DNA of 64,000 nucleotides, taken from positions 15,037-79,036 of the forward strand of contig JANQLC010000007.1 in the NCBI GenBank assembly GCA_028280815.1. Reading direction: 5' to 3'. This DNA is from Flavobacteriales bacterium. GTDB lineage: Bacteria; Bacteroidota; Bacteroidia; Flavobacteriales; JANQLC01. Below the pieces are notes generated by a model. That model saw only the letters and a list, made by a program, of their open reading frames with translations, did no database searches and was not told where the DNA came from. The position numbers were made by a program, and so were the translations under genes. Shown here in pieces: positions 46,510 through 56,568 of this stretch. The stretch's first letter is position 1. Each line of letters starts with the position of its first letter.

Positions 46510-47709
46510 TTAAGGGATCGGTAAATTGATGTCGGTAAAAGCTAGTTGAAACCATTGACTGACTTCGCGTTTGGTCATTACGCCCTTGTATAGATAAACC
46601 CCTTCTCGCAGTCCTGTATTGCATTTTAGTGCGTTTTCAAGGCCACCTTTCTCGCCCATTTCCATTGCGCAATTTAAGAGGTAATGGCTCATGGCCATGC
46701 TGGCTGTACGCGATACGCGCGATGCGATATTGGTCACACCGTAGTGAATGACATCGTGTTTGACAAAGGTGGGGTAGTCGTGTGTGGTCACTTCTGAGGT
46801 CTCAAATGTACCCCCGTGGTCCATGCTCACATCTATGGTAACCGCGCCGGCTTTCATTTTCTTAACGGTGTCTTCACCGACTAGAACGGGTGTCCTCTCA
46901 CCGCCTGTGCCTATGGCTCCGATGGCTGCATCGCAGTGCTGCAGCGCCTTTGTCAGGCGGTTGGGGTCGATCAGTGAAGTGAAGATGCGGTGATTTAGGT
47001 TGCTTTGCAGCTTTCTCAGATTGGCTGTGGAGTGGTCGAAAACCTTAATTGAAGCTCCTAAGCCCAAAGCGGATTTGGCGGCGAATTCGCCTACTGTACC
47101 CGCACCGAGGATGACCACTTCAGCCGGTGCGATGCCCGCTGCGCTTCCCAACAAGATTCCGTTTCCCTCGTTGATGTTACTCATCAGCTCTCCAGCGATT
47201 AGCGTGGATGTGGTACCGACTACCTCACCGATCGTTCGGACGATGGATAAGTCACCTGTTTCATCCGCGATGAAATCCATTGCGGTAGCCGTAGTTTTTT
47301 TCTGTGCCAATCCTTTAAAATACGCTTGGGTACAGGTGCTGATTTGCAATGCGGATAGCAAGGTGCTCCGCTCCGCCAGCATTTGAATTTCCGCTTCTGC
47401 AGGGGGGTCGATTTTTAAGACGACGGGTTGTGAAAAGACTGCTGCGGTTTCGTGTGATATCTCTGCGCCGGCTTCGGCGTACTCGTGATCGGAATAGCGC
47501 GCCCCGGACCCAGCTCCGGATTCTACCAAGACTCCGTGGCCGTTGGCTGTTAAAACGGATACGGCATCGGGTGTCAGGCCGATGCGCTTCTCTTGGAAGT
47601 GCGATTCCCTGGGGAGGCCTATGCGGATCTTCTCTTTGCTATGGCCGACTTCAAGCCTCTCGGCCTGGGGTATCAGTTCTTTCTCAGAAAAGGGTAAAGC
47701 TGCTACCAT
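46510..47709 (-). CDS. Alanine dehydrogenase / PNT-family NAD(P)-dependent dehydrogenase
   Basis: 399 aa. It has the AlaDH/PNT N-terminal pattern (RIGLPRE..EKRIGLTP) and the Rossmann motif VVILGAGTVG. Confidence 0.75.
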   Translation of the reverse strand: MVAALPFSEKELIPQAERLEVGHSKEKIRIGLPRESHFQEKRIGLTPDAVSVLTANGHGVLVESGAGSGARYSDHEYAEAGAEISHETAAVFSQPVVLKIDPPAEAEIQMLAERSTLLSALQISTCTQAYFKGLAQKKTTATAMDFIADETGDLSIVRTIGEVVGTTSTLIAGELMSNINEGNGILLGSAAGIAPAEVVILGAGTVGEFAAKSALGLGASIKVFDHSTANLRKLQSNLNHRIFTSLIDPNRLTKALQHCDAAIGAIGTGGERTPVLVGEDTVKKMKAGAVTIDVSMDHGGTFETSEVTTHDYPTFVKHDVIHYGVTNIASRVSRTASMAMSHYLLNCAMEMGEKGGLENALKCNTGLREGVYLYKGVMTKREVSQWFQLAFTDINLPIP

Positions 47710-47711
47710 GG

Positions 47712-48125
47712 CTAGTCCTCAATGATTACTGTGCGCTGGTCTCGGTGGGTCGAGATGCGAATTTTTAAGCTGTTTTCGGGTAAGAGATCGGGTATTTTTT
47801 CAGGCCATTCCACCAAGCAAAATCCATCGCTGTAAAAATAGTCCTCGTATCCGATATCCAAAATCTCTCCTTCGGATTCAATGCGGTAGAAATCAAAGTG
47901 AAAAACCGGCCCTATCTCGGCTGAAAAGTACTCGTTTACCATTGAAAATGTAGGGCTACTGACCGAGTCTTCTACGTCGAGCAGCTGCAGTAAGGCCTTG
48001 ATAAAAGTCGTTTTCCCCGCACCCATTTCACCGTAAAAAAGCCATACTTTCCGAGCTGAAAAACGATCGATTAACCGCTTTCCGATGGCCTTTAAATCAG
48101 AGCGTGTTACATTTCTGTACTCCAA
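47712..48125 (-). CDS. tsaE: tRNA t6A37 biosynthesis ATPase TsaE
   Basis: 137 aa. It has the P-loop GEMGAGKTTF and SPTF..YHFDFYR motifs. Confidence 0.88.
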   Translation of the reverse strand: MEYRNVTRSDLKAIGKRLIDRFSARKVWLFYGEMGAGKTTFIKALLQLLDVEDSVSSPTFSMVNEYFSAEIGPVFHFDFYRIESEGEILDIGYEDYFYSDGFCLVEWPEKIPDLLPENSLKIRISTHRDQRTVIIED

Positions 48126-48276
48126 GCCGATTTTATTTAGGCGCTAATTTAACAAAAGCGACGATCATTTCCCCTAGGGAGATATCCGCCCTGTGTCCAA
48201 GCGTTTTTATAGTGTTTTGCACAATGCCGGTATGGGTTTGGGAGGGGACATCGCCCTTTCTCTAATGTAAATTTTG

Positions 48277-48299
48277 AGCCTCCAGGAGGCTGGTTTTTT
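48277..48299 (+). terminator. Orphan terminator-like hairpin with T-run on the + strand
   Basis: AGCCT (48277-48281), a CCAGG loop and AGGCT (48287-48291), followed by GGTTTTTT. No + strand gene lies upstream. It sits ~200 nt before the HD gene. Confidence 0.4.
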
Positions 48300-48500
48300 G
48301 TCAGTGCTGTATCCATCCGAAGGCTGCGTGCATTCGATGCGTCCATGGTGATGTTTGCAGGATTCTCACCGGTCAGAAGTGATGGGCCTTGGGTCGATCA
48401 GGCGCCTGACTTCCAGATTTTTTGATCGATATCGAATTTTTTGGCCAATGGGGCTTTTATCATTACTTTTGCGTGGGCTCTAAACCCTGGCTGATAGACC

Positions 48501-49730
48501 TTGTATAAAACCGATAGACTCAAAATATTTAACGACCCCGTTTACGGCTTTGTTTCAATTCCGAGTGAAACCATTTTTGAGCTTATTGAGCATCCGTATT
48601 TTCAACGTTTGAGGCGAATCAAACAACTGGGGCTCGGTTCATTGGTATATCCAGGCGCTAACCATACGCGTTTTCACCACGCCTTGGGCTGCTTGCATTT
48701 GATGACAAAGGCCATTCGCAGCCTGCGTCAAAAAGGACATGAGATCAGGCCGGCGGAAGAAGAAGGGGCACAAATCGCCATTTTGCTTCACGATATGGGT
48801 CACGGCCCTTTTTCACATGCCTTGGAGGGCGCTGTTTTATCGGTTTCTCACGAGCGGCTCACACTTCGGCTTATGCACGCCTTAAATGCCGAGTTCAGTG
48901 GTAAATTGGATTTGGCTATTCAAATATTTACCGATTCATATCCCAAAAGATTTTTGCATAGATTGGTCAGCGGCCAGTTGGATATCGATCGTTTGGATTA
49001 TTTGAAAAGAGATAGTTTTTACACCGGTGTAAATGAAGGCGCTATTAATTCTGACCGCTTGATCTATATGATGAACATAAGCGATGGGGAATTGGTAGTC
49101 GATCAGAAGGGCATATATTCCGTTGAAAAATTTTTGATCGCCCGCCGTTTGATGTATTGGCAGGTGTATCTGCACAAGACCTCTTTTGCCGCTGAGCGGA
49201 TGCTCATGGGAATTGTGCAAAGGGCTAGGGAAATCGTGTCTGAGATAAGGGACCGCTGCCCGGAGCGCTTGTTGTATTTCCTCCAAAAGGAGACGACAGA
49301 AGAGAATTTTAAGCCCGCTGATCTAAGGCATTTTGTCGCGCTAGACGATTTCGACATCGCGTATGCTTTGAAGCAATGGCAAGCCGCAGAAGACGTTTCG
49401 ATCTCCCTGCTCTCGAAGAAACTGCTCAGCCGGAACCTCTTAAAAATCGCGGTCAGCGCAGCTGCCTTTGATGGGGAGGCAGTCGACCGGATCAAGGGCC
49501 TGGTGAAAGACAAATTGGGTTTGTCGCCGCGCTACTTTGTCTATGAGGGTGAAATCGAGAACCGCGCCTATCGGGATGAGATCGACTCGATTGATATCTT
49601 GTACAAAGACGGGTCCTTAGCGGACATCAGCATCGCCTCAGATCAATTGAATATATCAGCCCTGGCTCAGCCGGTCGTTAAAAATTACCTCTGCTATCCC
49701 AAGGAACTAACCCGTTTTATCGATGTATAA
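48501..49730 (+). CDS. HD-domain phosphohydrolase (dNTPase-like), conserved upstream of lpxD
   Basis: 409 aa from a TTG start (uncertain). Motifs are FQRLRRIKQLG, RFHHALG and LLHDMGHGPFSH. Confidence 0.8.
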   Translation: MYKTDRLKIFNDPVYGFVSIPSETIFELIEHPYFQRLRRIKQLGLGSLVYPGANHTRFHHALGCLHLMTKAIRSLRQKGHEIRPAEEEGAQIAILLHDMGHGPFSHALEGAVLSVSHERLTLRLMHALNAEFSGKLDLAIQIFTDSYPKRFLHRLVSGQLDIDRLDYLKRDSFYTGVNEGAINSDRLIYMMNISDGELVVDQKGIYSVEKFLIARRLMYWQVYLHKTSFAAERMLMGIVQRAREIVSEIRDRCPERLLYFLQKETTEENFKPADLRHFVALDDFDIAYALKQWQAAEDVSISLLSKKLLSRNLLKIAVSAAAFDGEAVDRIKGLVKDKLGLSPRYFVYEGEIENRAYRDEIDSIDILYKDGSLADISIASDQLNISALAQPVVKNYLCYPKELTRFIDV

Positions 49731-49751
49731 AAATGACTACTTTTGCCGTTG

Positions 49752-50798
49752 ATGGAGTTTTCAGCGATCGAAATAGCGGGGATTTTGCATGGGGAAGTGC
49801 AGGGAGACCCAAATGTGCGGATAGATAAGCTGACCAAGATAGAGGAAGCCCAAACCGGGAGCCTCTCTTTTTTGGCCAACCCGAAGTACAGTCATTACCT
49901 CTACCATACCCGCGCATCAGCGGTAATTGTAAACCGGACTTTTGTCCCTGAGAAGGCGGTTACACCTACCTTAATTCGCGTGGATGATGCATACCGGGCC
50001 TTTTCCGAACTGTTGAAATGCTACGATCGGTCTGCGGCTGATCGAGTGGGAATTGAAAAGCACAGTTTCATAGCCCGATCCGCTCGTCTCGGCGACTCGG
50101 TTTACATCGGTGCTTTTTCCTATGTCGGTGCGCATGTAAAGCTAGCCGATCGCGTGCGGATTTACCCCCATGTTTACGTAGGCAATGGGGTTGAGATCGG
50201 TTCCGATACGGTGATTTTTCCTGGGGTTAGAATCTATTTTAACACCCGAATCGGAAAGCGGTGCACCCTGCACAGCAATGCGGTGATAGGTGCAGATGGC
50301 TTTGGTTTTGCGCCCAACGGCGAGAACCATTACGACAAAATTCCGCAGACGGGCAACGTCGTTGTCGAAGACTTTGTCGAGATCGGTTCGGGAACTACCA
50401 TAGATCGCGCCACGTTGGGATCTACCGTGATTCGAACCGGGGTCAAACTCGACAACCAGATACAAATCGCCCACAATGTCGACCTCGGTTCGCATACCGT
50501 GATTGCGGCGCAAACCGGTATAGCCGGCTCCACCAAGGTCGGTGAGAACTGTATGATCGGCGGACAGGTGGGTATTGTCGGTCACCTCAACATCGGCGAC
50601 CGCGTAAGGATTGCAGCCCAGTCTGGCGTTACATCCGATTTGCCCGATGATACGACTTGGTTTGGTTCGCCCGCCATGGCGGCCAAGGCGTATAGAAAAT
50701 CTTTTGTCTATTTCAGAAAGCTGCCCGAGGTGGTGAAGTGTTTGGAGTCTTTGGAGAAGCGAGTGGGAGAGATGGAGAGGGGTAAAGATGTCCGATAA
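49752..50798 (+). CDS. lpxD: UDP-3-O-acylglucosamine N-acyltransferase
   Basis: Hexapeptide-repeat protein. The N-terminus MEFSAIEIAGILHGEVQGD is typical of LpxD. I prefer the ATG at 49752 over the track's TTG at 49743. Confidence 0.9.
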   Translation: MEFSAIEIAGILHGEVQGDPNVRIDKLTKIEEAQTGSLSFLANPKYSHYLYHTRASAVIVNRTFVPEKAVTPTLIRVDDAYRAFSELLKCYDRSAADRVGIEKHSFIARSARLGDSVYIGAFSYVGAHVKLADRVRIYPHVYVGNGVEIGSDTVIFPGVRIYFNTRIGKRCTLHSNAVIGADGFGFAPNGENHYDKIPQTGNVVVEDFVEIGSGTTIDRATLGSTVIRTGVKLDNQIQIAHNVDLGSHTVIAAQTGIAGSTKVGENCMIGGQVGIVGHLNIGDRVRIAAQSGVTSDLPDDTTWFGSPAMAAKAYRKSFVYFRKLPEVVKCLESLEKRVGEMERGKDVR

Positions 50799-52179
50799 CC
50801 AAAAAACCTTAGCGAGGGCAAAAACCTTATCCGGCATTGGATTGCACATGGGCAGGCGAGTCGAGGTAAGCCTTAAGCCCGCCAAGCCCAATACGGGCTT
50901 TGTCTTTGTCAGAACCGACTTAGAGGGCAACCCGAGGGTCGAGGCGTTGGCCAACTACGTCTGCGACACGGAGCGTGGAACGAGCTTGGAGAAAAGGGGC
51001 GTTCGCGTACATACGACGGAACACATCTTGGCTGCGCTCGTCGGCATGGATTTGGATAATGTCTGCGTTGAATTAGACGGTCCTGAGCTGCCCATCATGG
51101 ATGGCTCCGCCAAGTACTTCACCCAAGCCATTGAATCGGTCGGCTTGCGGAAACAGGAGGCGGAAAGGGAATACCATACGATCGAAGAGGTCGTCTCTTA
51201 TACCCATCCTGAAACGGGTAGTGAAATGATCGCCATGCCCTTCGACCGGTATCAGGTGACGGCTCTGGTCGATTTCGGCACAAAGGTTTTGGGCACCCAA
51301 AATGCAACGCTCAAAGATTTGCGAGATTTTAAGACCGAGATTTCCAATGCGCGAACCTTTAGTTTTTTACATGAGTTGGAGAGGCTATTGGACGCGGGTT
51401 TGATCAAAGGCGGGGATTTGAACAACGCCATTATTTATGTCGATGCGGAAATCTCGTCCGAAACGAAAGACAAGCTCAAAAAGGCATTTCAAAAGGATTC
51501 CATTTCCATCAAGCCCAATGGCATTTTAGACAACCTCAGTCTGCGCTATCCCAATGAGGCGGCACGTCACAAATTGTTAGATGTATTGGGGGATTTGGCA
51601 TTGGCCGGAACGCGTATCAAGGGAAAGGTGATCGCCACCAAGCCCGGCCACTTTGTCAATACGCAGTTTGCCAGAAAACTGCAGAAGCACATTGAAATGG
51701 CCAAGCACAGGCTGGTGCCGAAGTACGACCGCGCTATGCCTCCTCTTATGGATATCGGAGATATCATGGCGAGATTGCCCCATCGCCCGCCTTTCCTACT
51801 CGTAGATCGGATAATTGAGATGAGCGATAACCATATCGTCGGCCTTAAGAATGTAACCATGAACGAGCCTTTCTTCAGCGGTCACTTTCCCGGTGTGCCG
51901 CTGATGCCCGGCGTCTTGCAGATCGAGGCCATGGCTCAGGTGGGGGGTATTTTAGCCCTATCACAGGTCGAAGACCCCGAAAACTACCTCACTTATTTTA
52001 TGCGGATCAAAAACGCTCGCTTCAAGCAAAAGGTTTTTCCAGGTGATACATTGATCTTTAAATTGCAGCTGGTCTCCCCGATCCGCCGGGGGATATGCCA
52101 TATGCAAGGCCGCGGTTACGTCGGCGAAAAACAGGTCGTGGAAGCAGAGCTCATGGCCCAGATAACCAAGGAAAGGTAA
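50788..52179 (+). CDS. lpxC/fabZ: Bifunctional UDP-3-O-acyl-GlcNAc deacetylase / 3-hydroxyacyl-ACP dehydratase
   Basis: 463 aa. The N-terminal LpxC part includes HTTEHILAAL. The C-terminal FabZ hot-dog part includes LPHRPPFLLVD and FFSGHFPG. Confidence 0.92.
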   Translation: MSDNQKTLARAKTLSGIGLHMGRRVEVSLKPAKPNTGFVFVRTDLEGNPRVEALANYVCDTERGTSLEKRGVRVHTTEHILAALVGMDLDNVCVELDGPELPIMDGSAKYFTQAIESVGLRKQEAEREYHTIEEVVSYTHPETGSEMIAMPFDRYQVTALVDFGTKVLGTQNATLKDLRDFKTEISNARTFSFLHELERLLDAGLIKGGDLNNAIIYVDAEISSETKDKLKKAFQKDSISIKPNGILDNLSLRYPNEAARHKLLDVLGDLALAGTRIKGKVIATKPGHFVNTQFARKLQKHIEMAKHRLVPKYDRAMPPLMDIGDIMARLPHRPPFLLVDRIIEMSDNHIVGLKNVTMNEPFFSGHFPGVPLMPGVLQIEAMAQVGGILALSQVEDPENYLTYFMRIKNARFKQKVFPGDTLIFKLQLVSPIRRGICHMQGRGYVGEKQVVEAELMAQITKER

Positions 52180-52187
52180 TGGCGTAG

Positions 52188-52982
52188 ATGATTCAACCCT
52201 TAGCGTCTATAGACCCCGGTGCCAAAATCGCAAAAAATGTTGTGATACAACCCTTTGCGACAATTCAAGCCGATGTGGAAATCGGTGAAGGTACCCGGAT
52301 AGGCTCGAACGCGATCATCATGGAAGGGGCGCGTATCGGGAAGAACTGCCATATCTTTCCCGGCGCGGTCATAGCTGCTGTCCCTCAGGATTTGAAGTTT
52401 AACGGTGAAAAGACTACAGTCGAGATCGGTGACCACACCGCCATTCGCGAATGCGTGACCATCAATCGCGGTACGCTGCGCAGGCTCAAAACCAAAATTG
52501 GGAAGCGCAACTTGATTATGGCCTATAGCCATATCGCACATGATTGCATCGTGGGGGATCATTGCATTTTCTCCAATAACAGCACCTTAGCCGGTCACAT
52601 CACGGTGGGCGACTACGTCATTTTGGCGGGGATGACCGCTGTGCATCAATTCTGTACCATAGGGCGCCACGCCTTTGTCACCGGCGGCTCGCTGGTTCGA
52701 AAAGATGTGCCGCCCTATGTAAAAGCCGCGCGCGAACCCCTTTCCTATGTCGGAATCAATTCCATCGGTTTGCGCAGAAGGGGATTTACCGCTGAAAAGA
52801 TCAGGGAAATACAGAACATCTACCGCGTTTTATATCAAAAAAATTACAATACCTCTCAGGCGGTCGATGTCATTGAAGCCGAGATGGAGGCTACCTCAGA
52901 GCGCGATGAGATCCTGACATTTATCAAGGATTCCAGGCGGGGAATTATGAAGGGGTATTTTATGAACAACTCATTGAAATAG
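52188..52982 (+). CDS. lpxA: Acyl-ACP--UDP-GlcNAc O-acyltransferase
   Basis: 264 aa with left-handed beta-helix hexapeptide repeats and LpxA order within the lpx cluster. Confidence 0.92.
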   Translation: MIQPLASIDPGAKIAKNVVIQPFATIQADVEIGEGTRIGSNAIIMEGARIGKNCHIFPGAVIAAVPQDLKFNGEKTTVEIGDHTAIRECVTINRGTLRRLKTKIGKRNLIMAYSHIAHDCIVGDHCIFSNNSTLAGHITVGDYVILAGMTAVHQFCTIGRHAFVTGGSLVRKDVPPYVKAAREPLSYVGINSIGLRRRGFTAEKIREIQNIYRVLYQKNYNTSQAVDVIEAEMEATSERDEILTFIKDSRRGIMKGYFMNNSLK

Positions 52983-52987
52983 GGAAT

Positions 52988-53557
52988 ATGGCTACCACTG
53001 CGAACATCAGAAAGGGTTTGTGTATCGCTCACGACAACGATATTTTTAAAGTCCTCGAATTTCTACATGTGAAGCCCGGTAAGGGACCTGCTTTTGTGCG
53101 GACAAAACTCAAGAGCTTGACCACTGGAAAGGTGCTGGAGAGCACTTTTTCAGCCGGCCGCAAGATCGATGAAGTACGCGTAGAAACCCGCGATTACCAG
53201 TATCTATACGCCGACGACTACGGATTTCACTTTATGAACGCGAGCGATTACACCCAGGTTCACATCGATAAAAAACAGCTGAAACGCGCCGATCTGCTGA
53301 GCGGTGGAGAGCGGGTGACCATCACTTTTAATGCAGCAGATGAAACGCCGCTTTCGGTGGTGCTGCCCCCCACTGTAAGGCTCAAAGTGACGCAGAGCGC
53401 CCCCGGTGTGAGGGGCAATACAGCCACCCATGCCACCAAGCCCGCCATTTTGGAAACCGGCGCTGAGGTACAGGTGCCACTCTTCATTGAAGCCGGTGAT
53501 CGCATCGAAGTCGACACGGCAAGCGGCTCCTATTTGGAACGCGTCAACAAGGGCTGA
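52988..53557 (+). CDS. efp: Translation elongation factor P
   Basis: 189 aa with an EF-P pattern throughout (..FLHVKPGKG.AFVRTKLK..). Confidence 0.95.
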   Translation: MATTANIRKGLCIAHDNDIFKVLEFLHVKPGKGPAFVRTKLKSLTTGKVLESTFSAGRKIDEVRVETRDYQYLYADDYGFHFMNASDYTQVHIDKKQLKRADLLSGGERVTITFNAADETPLSVVLPPTVRLKVTQSAPGVRGNTATHATKPAILETGAEVQVPLFIEAGDRIEVDTASGSYLERVNKG

Positions 53558-53687
53558 TGCGGATTCCATGGGCTGATGCACCCCGATGCGTGGCGGGCTC
53601 ACTCGGTTCGGTCAAAGAGATGAAACCTGAGTATTACCCGAAAATGGGCACATTTCGACTTGTAATCTGAAATAAAAGATCGAGCAG

Positions 53688-54557
53688 ATGAGTATATTGG
53701 TCAATGCGGACTCCCGCATAATCGTACAGGGCTTTACCGGCTCGGAAGGGCGTTTTCATTCAGAACAGATGATCGCTTACGGCAGCCGTATAGTGGGGGG
53801 TGTTACCCCTGGGAAAGAGGGGACACGACAGCTCGACAGACCGGTTTTTAATACCGTAGATGAGGCTGTGAAAGCCACCGCTGCGGATGTGAGTGCCGTC
53901 TTTGTTCCACCGCCCTTTGCTGCCGATGCCATCATGGAGGCTGCTGAATCGGGGATCCGAGTCATCGTAGCCATCACCGAGGGAATTCCAGTGTCGGATA
54001 TGGTAAGGGTAAAGCAATACTTGAGGGATCGCCCGGCTCGTTTGATCGGGCCCAATTGTCCGGGCATCATCAGCGCAGGGAAAACCAAGGTGGGAATCAT
54101 GCCCGGTTTTGTGTTTAAGCCCGGCCGGGTCGGCGTGGTATCCAAGTCGGGTACCCTGACCTACGAAGCCGCTGACCAGGTGGTTCGGTCTGGCTATGGC
54201 ATTTCTACAGCCATCGGTATCGGTGGCGATCCGGTTATCGGTACGACCACTCGAGGAGCCCTGGCGCTCTTTATGGATGATGGTGAGACGGATTGTGTGG
54301 TTGTGATCGGCGAGATCGGCGGCCAACTCGAAGCAGATGCTGCGCGTTGGTATGGCCAGAATCCAAAAAAACCGGTCGTTGCATTCATCGCTGGGCAAAC
54401 CGCACCCAAAGGGCGAACGATGGGACATGCGGGCGCGATCGTAGGTGGTGCAGCTGATACCGCAAGGGCCAAAATGGAGATTATGGCCGAAAACGGTATT
54501 CACGTAGTCGCATCCCCAGCCGATATCGGAAAAAGGGTAGCCGAGATTCTAGGCTAG
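53688..54557 (+). CDS. sucD: Succinate--CoA ligase subunit alpha
   Basis: 289 aa. Motifs are [16 protein letters not shown] and the phosphohistidine loop MGHAGAI. Confidence 0.95.
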   Translation: MSILVNADSRIIVQGFTGSEGRFHSEQMIAYGSRIVGGVTPGKEGTRQLDRPVFNTVDEAVKATAADVSAVFVPPPFAADAIMEAAESGIRVIVAITEGIPVSDMVRVKQYLRDRPARLIGPNCPGIISAGKTKVGIMPGFVFKPGRVGVVSKSGTLTYEAADQVVRSGYGISTAIGIGGDPVIGTTTRGALALFMDDGETDCVVVIGEIGGQLEADAARWYGQNPKKPVVAFIAGQTAPKGRTMGHAGAIVGGAADTARAKMEIMAENGIHVVASPADIGKRVAEILG

Positions 54558-54733
54558 TGCATTGCTTGGAGAAGTACGGGGATTACAGCTCGATCATCGA
54601 CCGCCTCACTCGGGCCGCTCATGGCATTTGAAATGACAGCAGCAAATTGCCGGCCCAAGGGTTGTGCGCACTTCCATACGCGGCTGGTGCACAGGCGGTT
54701 TTTTGTCGGTATTTTTCCGATGCGCGATTGGAG

Positions 54734-55825
54734 CTACAAATTTTTGGAGATGTACTGGACGATTCGAAATTCGGAGAAAAACTCCTTTAAAATCACTTTG
54801 AAAGCGGTGTAAGCGGGGATGGCGATGATCATTCCGAAGACGCCAAAAAGCGTCCCACTGATTAAAATGACCAGAAAGATCTCCAAGGGGTGTGATTTGA
54901 CGCTGCTGGCGTAAATCAAGGGCTGGCTGACAAAATTATCGAATAATTGCGCCAGGGAATAACCGCTCAAGATGTAGAGGGCTGTGGGAAGCGCATCGCT
55001 CATGAAGTTTTCCCCGATCCGGCTAGAGAGCGCCAATAGGGTCATCAGAATCCCCCCGATAAAGGGCCCCAGGTAGGGGATTATATTGAGCAGTGCAGCG
55101 AGGAAAGCGATGACCACGGCATTGGGGATTTCAAATAGCAATAGGATCAGGGTGTAAAATACGAATAGGATGCTGAGCTGTAGGAAAAGACCCAGAAAAT
55201 ATCGGGAGAGCAGGCGGTGTATTTCGGTAAAAACCCGCTTCACGCGGGGTGTGTATTTCTGGGGGAGGATTGCGTAGATCGGATCGCTCATGTTTTTGTC
55301 ATCCCGCATAAAGAAAAAAGATATGAACAGCACCGAAAGCAGGCCTAGGGTAAAATTTCCTATGGCACCGAACAGCGGATTTAGGAGCTCGGGTATGATT
55401 TGCAGGTTTTTGGAGTCGAAGAGCCCGTAATCCGTTAAACCGCTCAAAATGTGAATGTGGTATTGAGATAGAAATGCATCCCACTCATCCAACCACTCGT
55501 CAACCTGCAGCTGAAATTCCTGTATGTTGAGCAGAGAGAGGTTTTGCGCCTGACTCGATATGAGTGGAACGAGCAGACTTACCACTGTAGATACCACCGT
55601 TACAAAGATGAATAGGGTCAGGATCACGCTGATGACATTTGGGATTTTGAGCCGCTCCAAAAGCCTGACCAGCCTAGAACCGATGAGGGATACCACCGCT
55701 GCGATGGCTACGTAGGCGATGACTACGCGGATCGCATAGAGAAGCCAAACGGATATACAGGCGAAGAGGGTGAGCGCGCAGGCTTGTAAAATGCCCTTCG
55801 CCGTCTCATTGGGCTTCCACTTCAT
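54734..55825 (-). CDS. AI-2E family transporter (PerM-like permease)
   Basis: 363 aa with about 8 TM helices. The conserved C-terminal region is NIIPYLGPFIGG. Confidence 0.8.
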   Translation of the reverse strand: MKWKPNETAKGILQACALTLFACISVWLLYAIRVVIAYVAIAAVVSLIGSRLVRLLERLKIPNVISVILTLFIFVTVVSTVVSLLVPLISSQAQNLSLLNIQEFQLQVDEWLDEWDAFLSQYHIHILSGLTDYGLFDSKNLQIIPELLNPLFGAIGNFTLGLLSVLFISFFFMRDDKNMSDPIYAILPQKYTPRVKRVFTEIHRLLSRYFLGLFLQLSILFVFYTLILLLFEIPNAVVIAFLAALLNIIPYLGPFIGGILMTLLALSSRIGENFMSDALPTALYILSGYSLAQLFDNFVSQPLIYASSVKSHPLEIFLVILISGTLFGVFGMIIAIPAYTAFKVILKEFFSEFRIVQYISKNL

Positions 55826-56059
55826 AGCACAAAGATAAGAAAATGGGGTTCGCCCATCAGGTGCTCGGTGTCGCGTTGGTAGAAAGGTACAAAAAATGAC
55901 GTTCGTATGGTGAATGGCATCAATTTTTTTGCACTGTTGGTAAAAGTGGTGGGAAAAAGACCGTTATATCCTATCGATAACCAGCTTGTCTGCTGTTCTT
56001 CTTCCCCTGGTTGCGAAGCCTGAGCGAATCGCTTCAGCCGTTGAATCCATCTCAGGAAG

Positions 56060-56510
56060 AAGGCTTTGTCTATTCAGGCTAAAACAAAGGGTCAAAAGTG
56101 AAAAAAATAGGTCAAATTTTAAGTTGACCCTTAGAGGCGAGCGCCAAAAATAGGCTCCCCTTTTTCAAGTGTCAACCGGAGGTAAAAGCGTAAGACCAAC
56201 TTCTAAACCCGCACGAGAGGACAGAGACAAAGAATGGGGTTGGGTCTTAGCCGTTCCATGGATCAAAGAAATGAGTTTCTCTCTTTAAAATGTCAAATAG
56301 GAGTCAAAAAACACCCCCTTTTTTCAAACTGTCGAACTGGACGAAAGCGTAAAGGCTGGCTTTTAGACCGCAACCGGGGAGGAGATACAATCCGAAAGAC
56401 GAGACGTCCTTTGTTGCGCACCTGGCTTGCTTCTCGTTTTTATCAACTTCAGAGCGTTTTTCAAGCGCTTGAAAGGATACCCTTTTGCCTTTGTCAATCC
56501 GAGTGCTTGA
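56060..56510. repeat. Intergenic array of the ~40-bp unit family, A+C-rich on the + strand
   Basis: Units include GCCAAAAATAGGCTCCCCTTTTTCAAGTGTCAACCGG (starts 56144), AAAAAACACCCCCTTTTTTCAAACTGTCGAACTGG and TAAAGGCTGGCTTTTAGACCGCAACCGGGG (56350-56379). Confidence 0.6.
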
Positions 56511-56540
56511 GAAAAAGTAAGGCTGACCTTTCGGCCAGCC
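56511..56540 (-). terminator. Intrinsic terminator of the TonB-dependent receptor gene
   Basis: GGCTGACC (56521-56528), a TTTC loop and GGCCAGCC (56533-56540). On the minus strand the hairpin is followed by TTACTTTTTC. It lies 29 nt past the stop. Confidence 0.5.
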
Positions 56541-56568
56541 TTTGGTGTTTTAAAAAATGGAATCGCAC

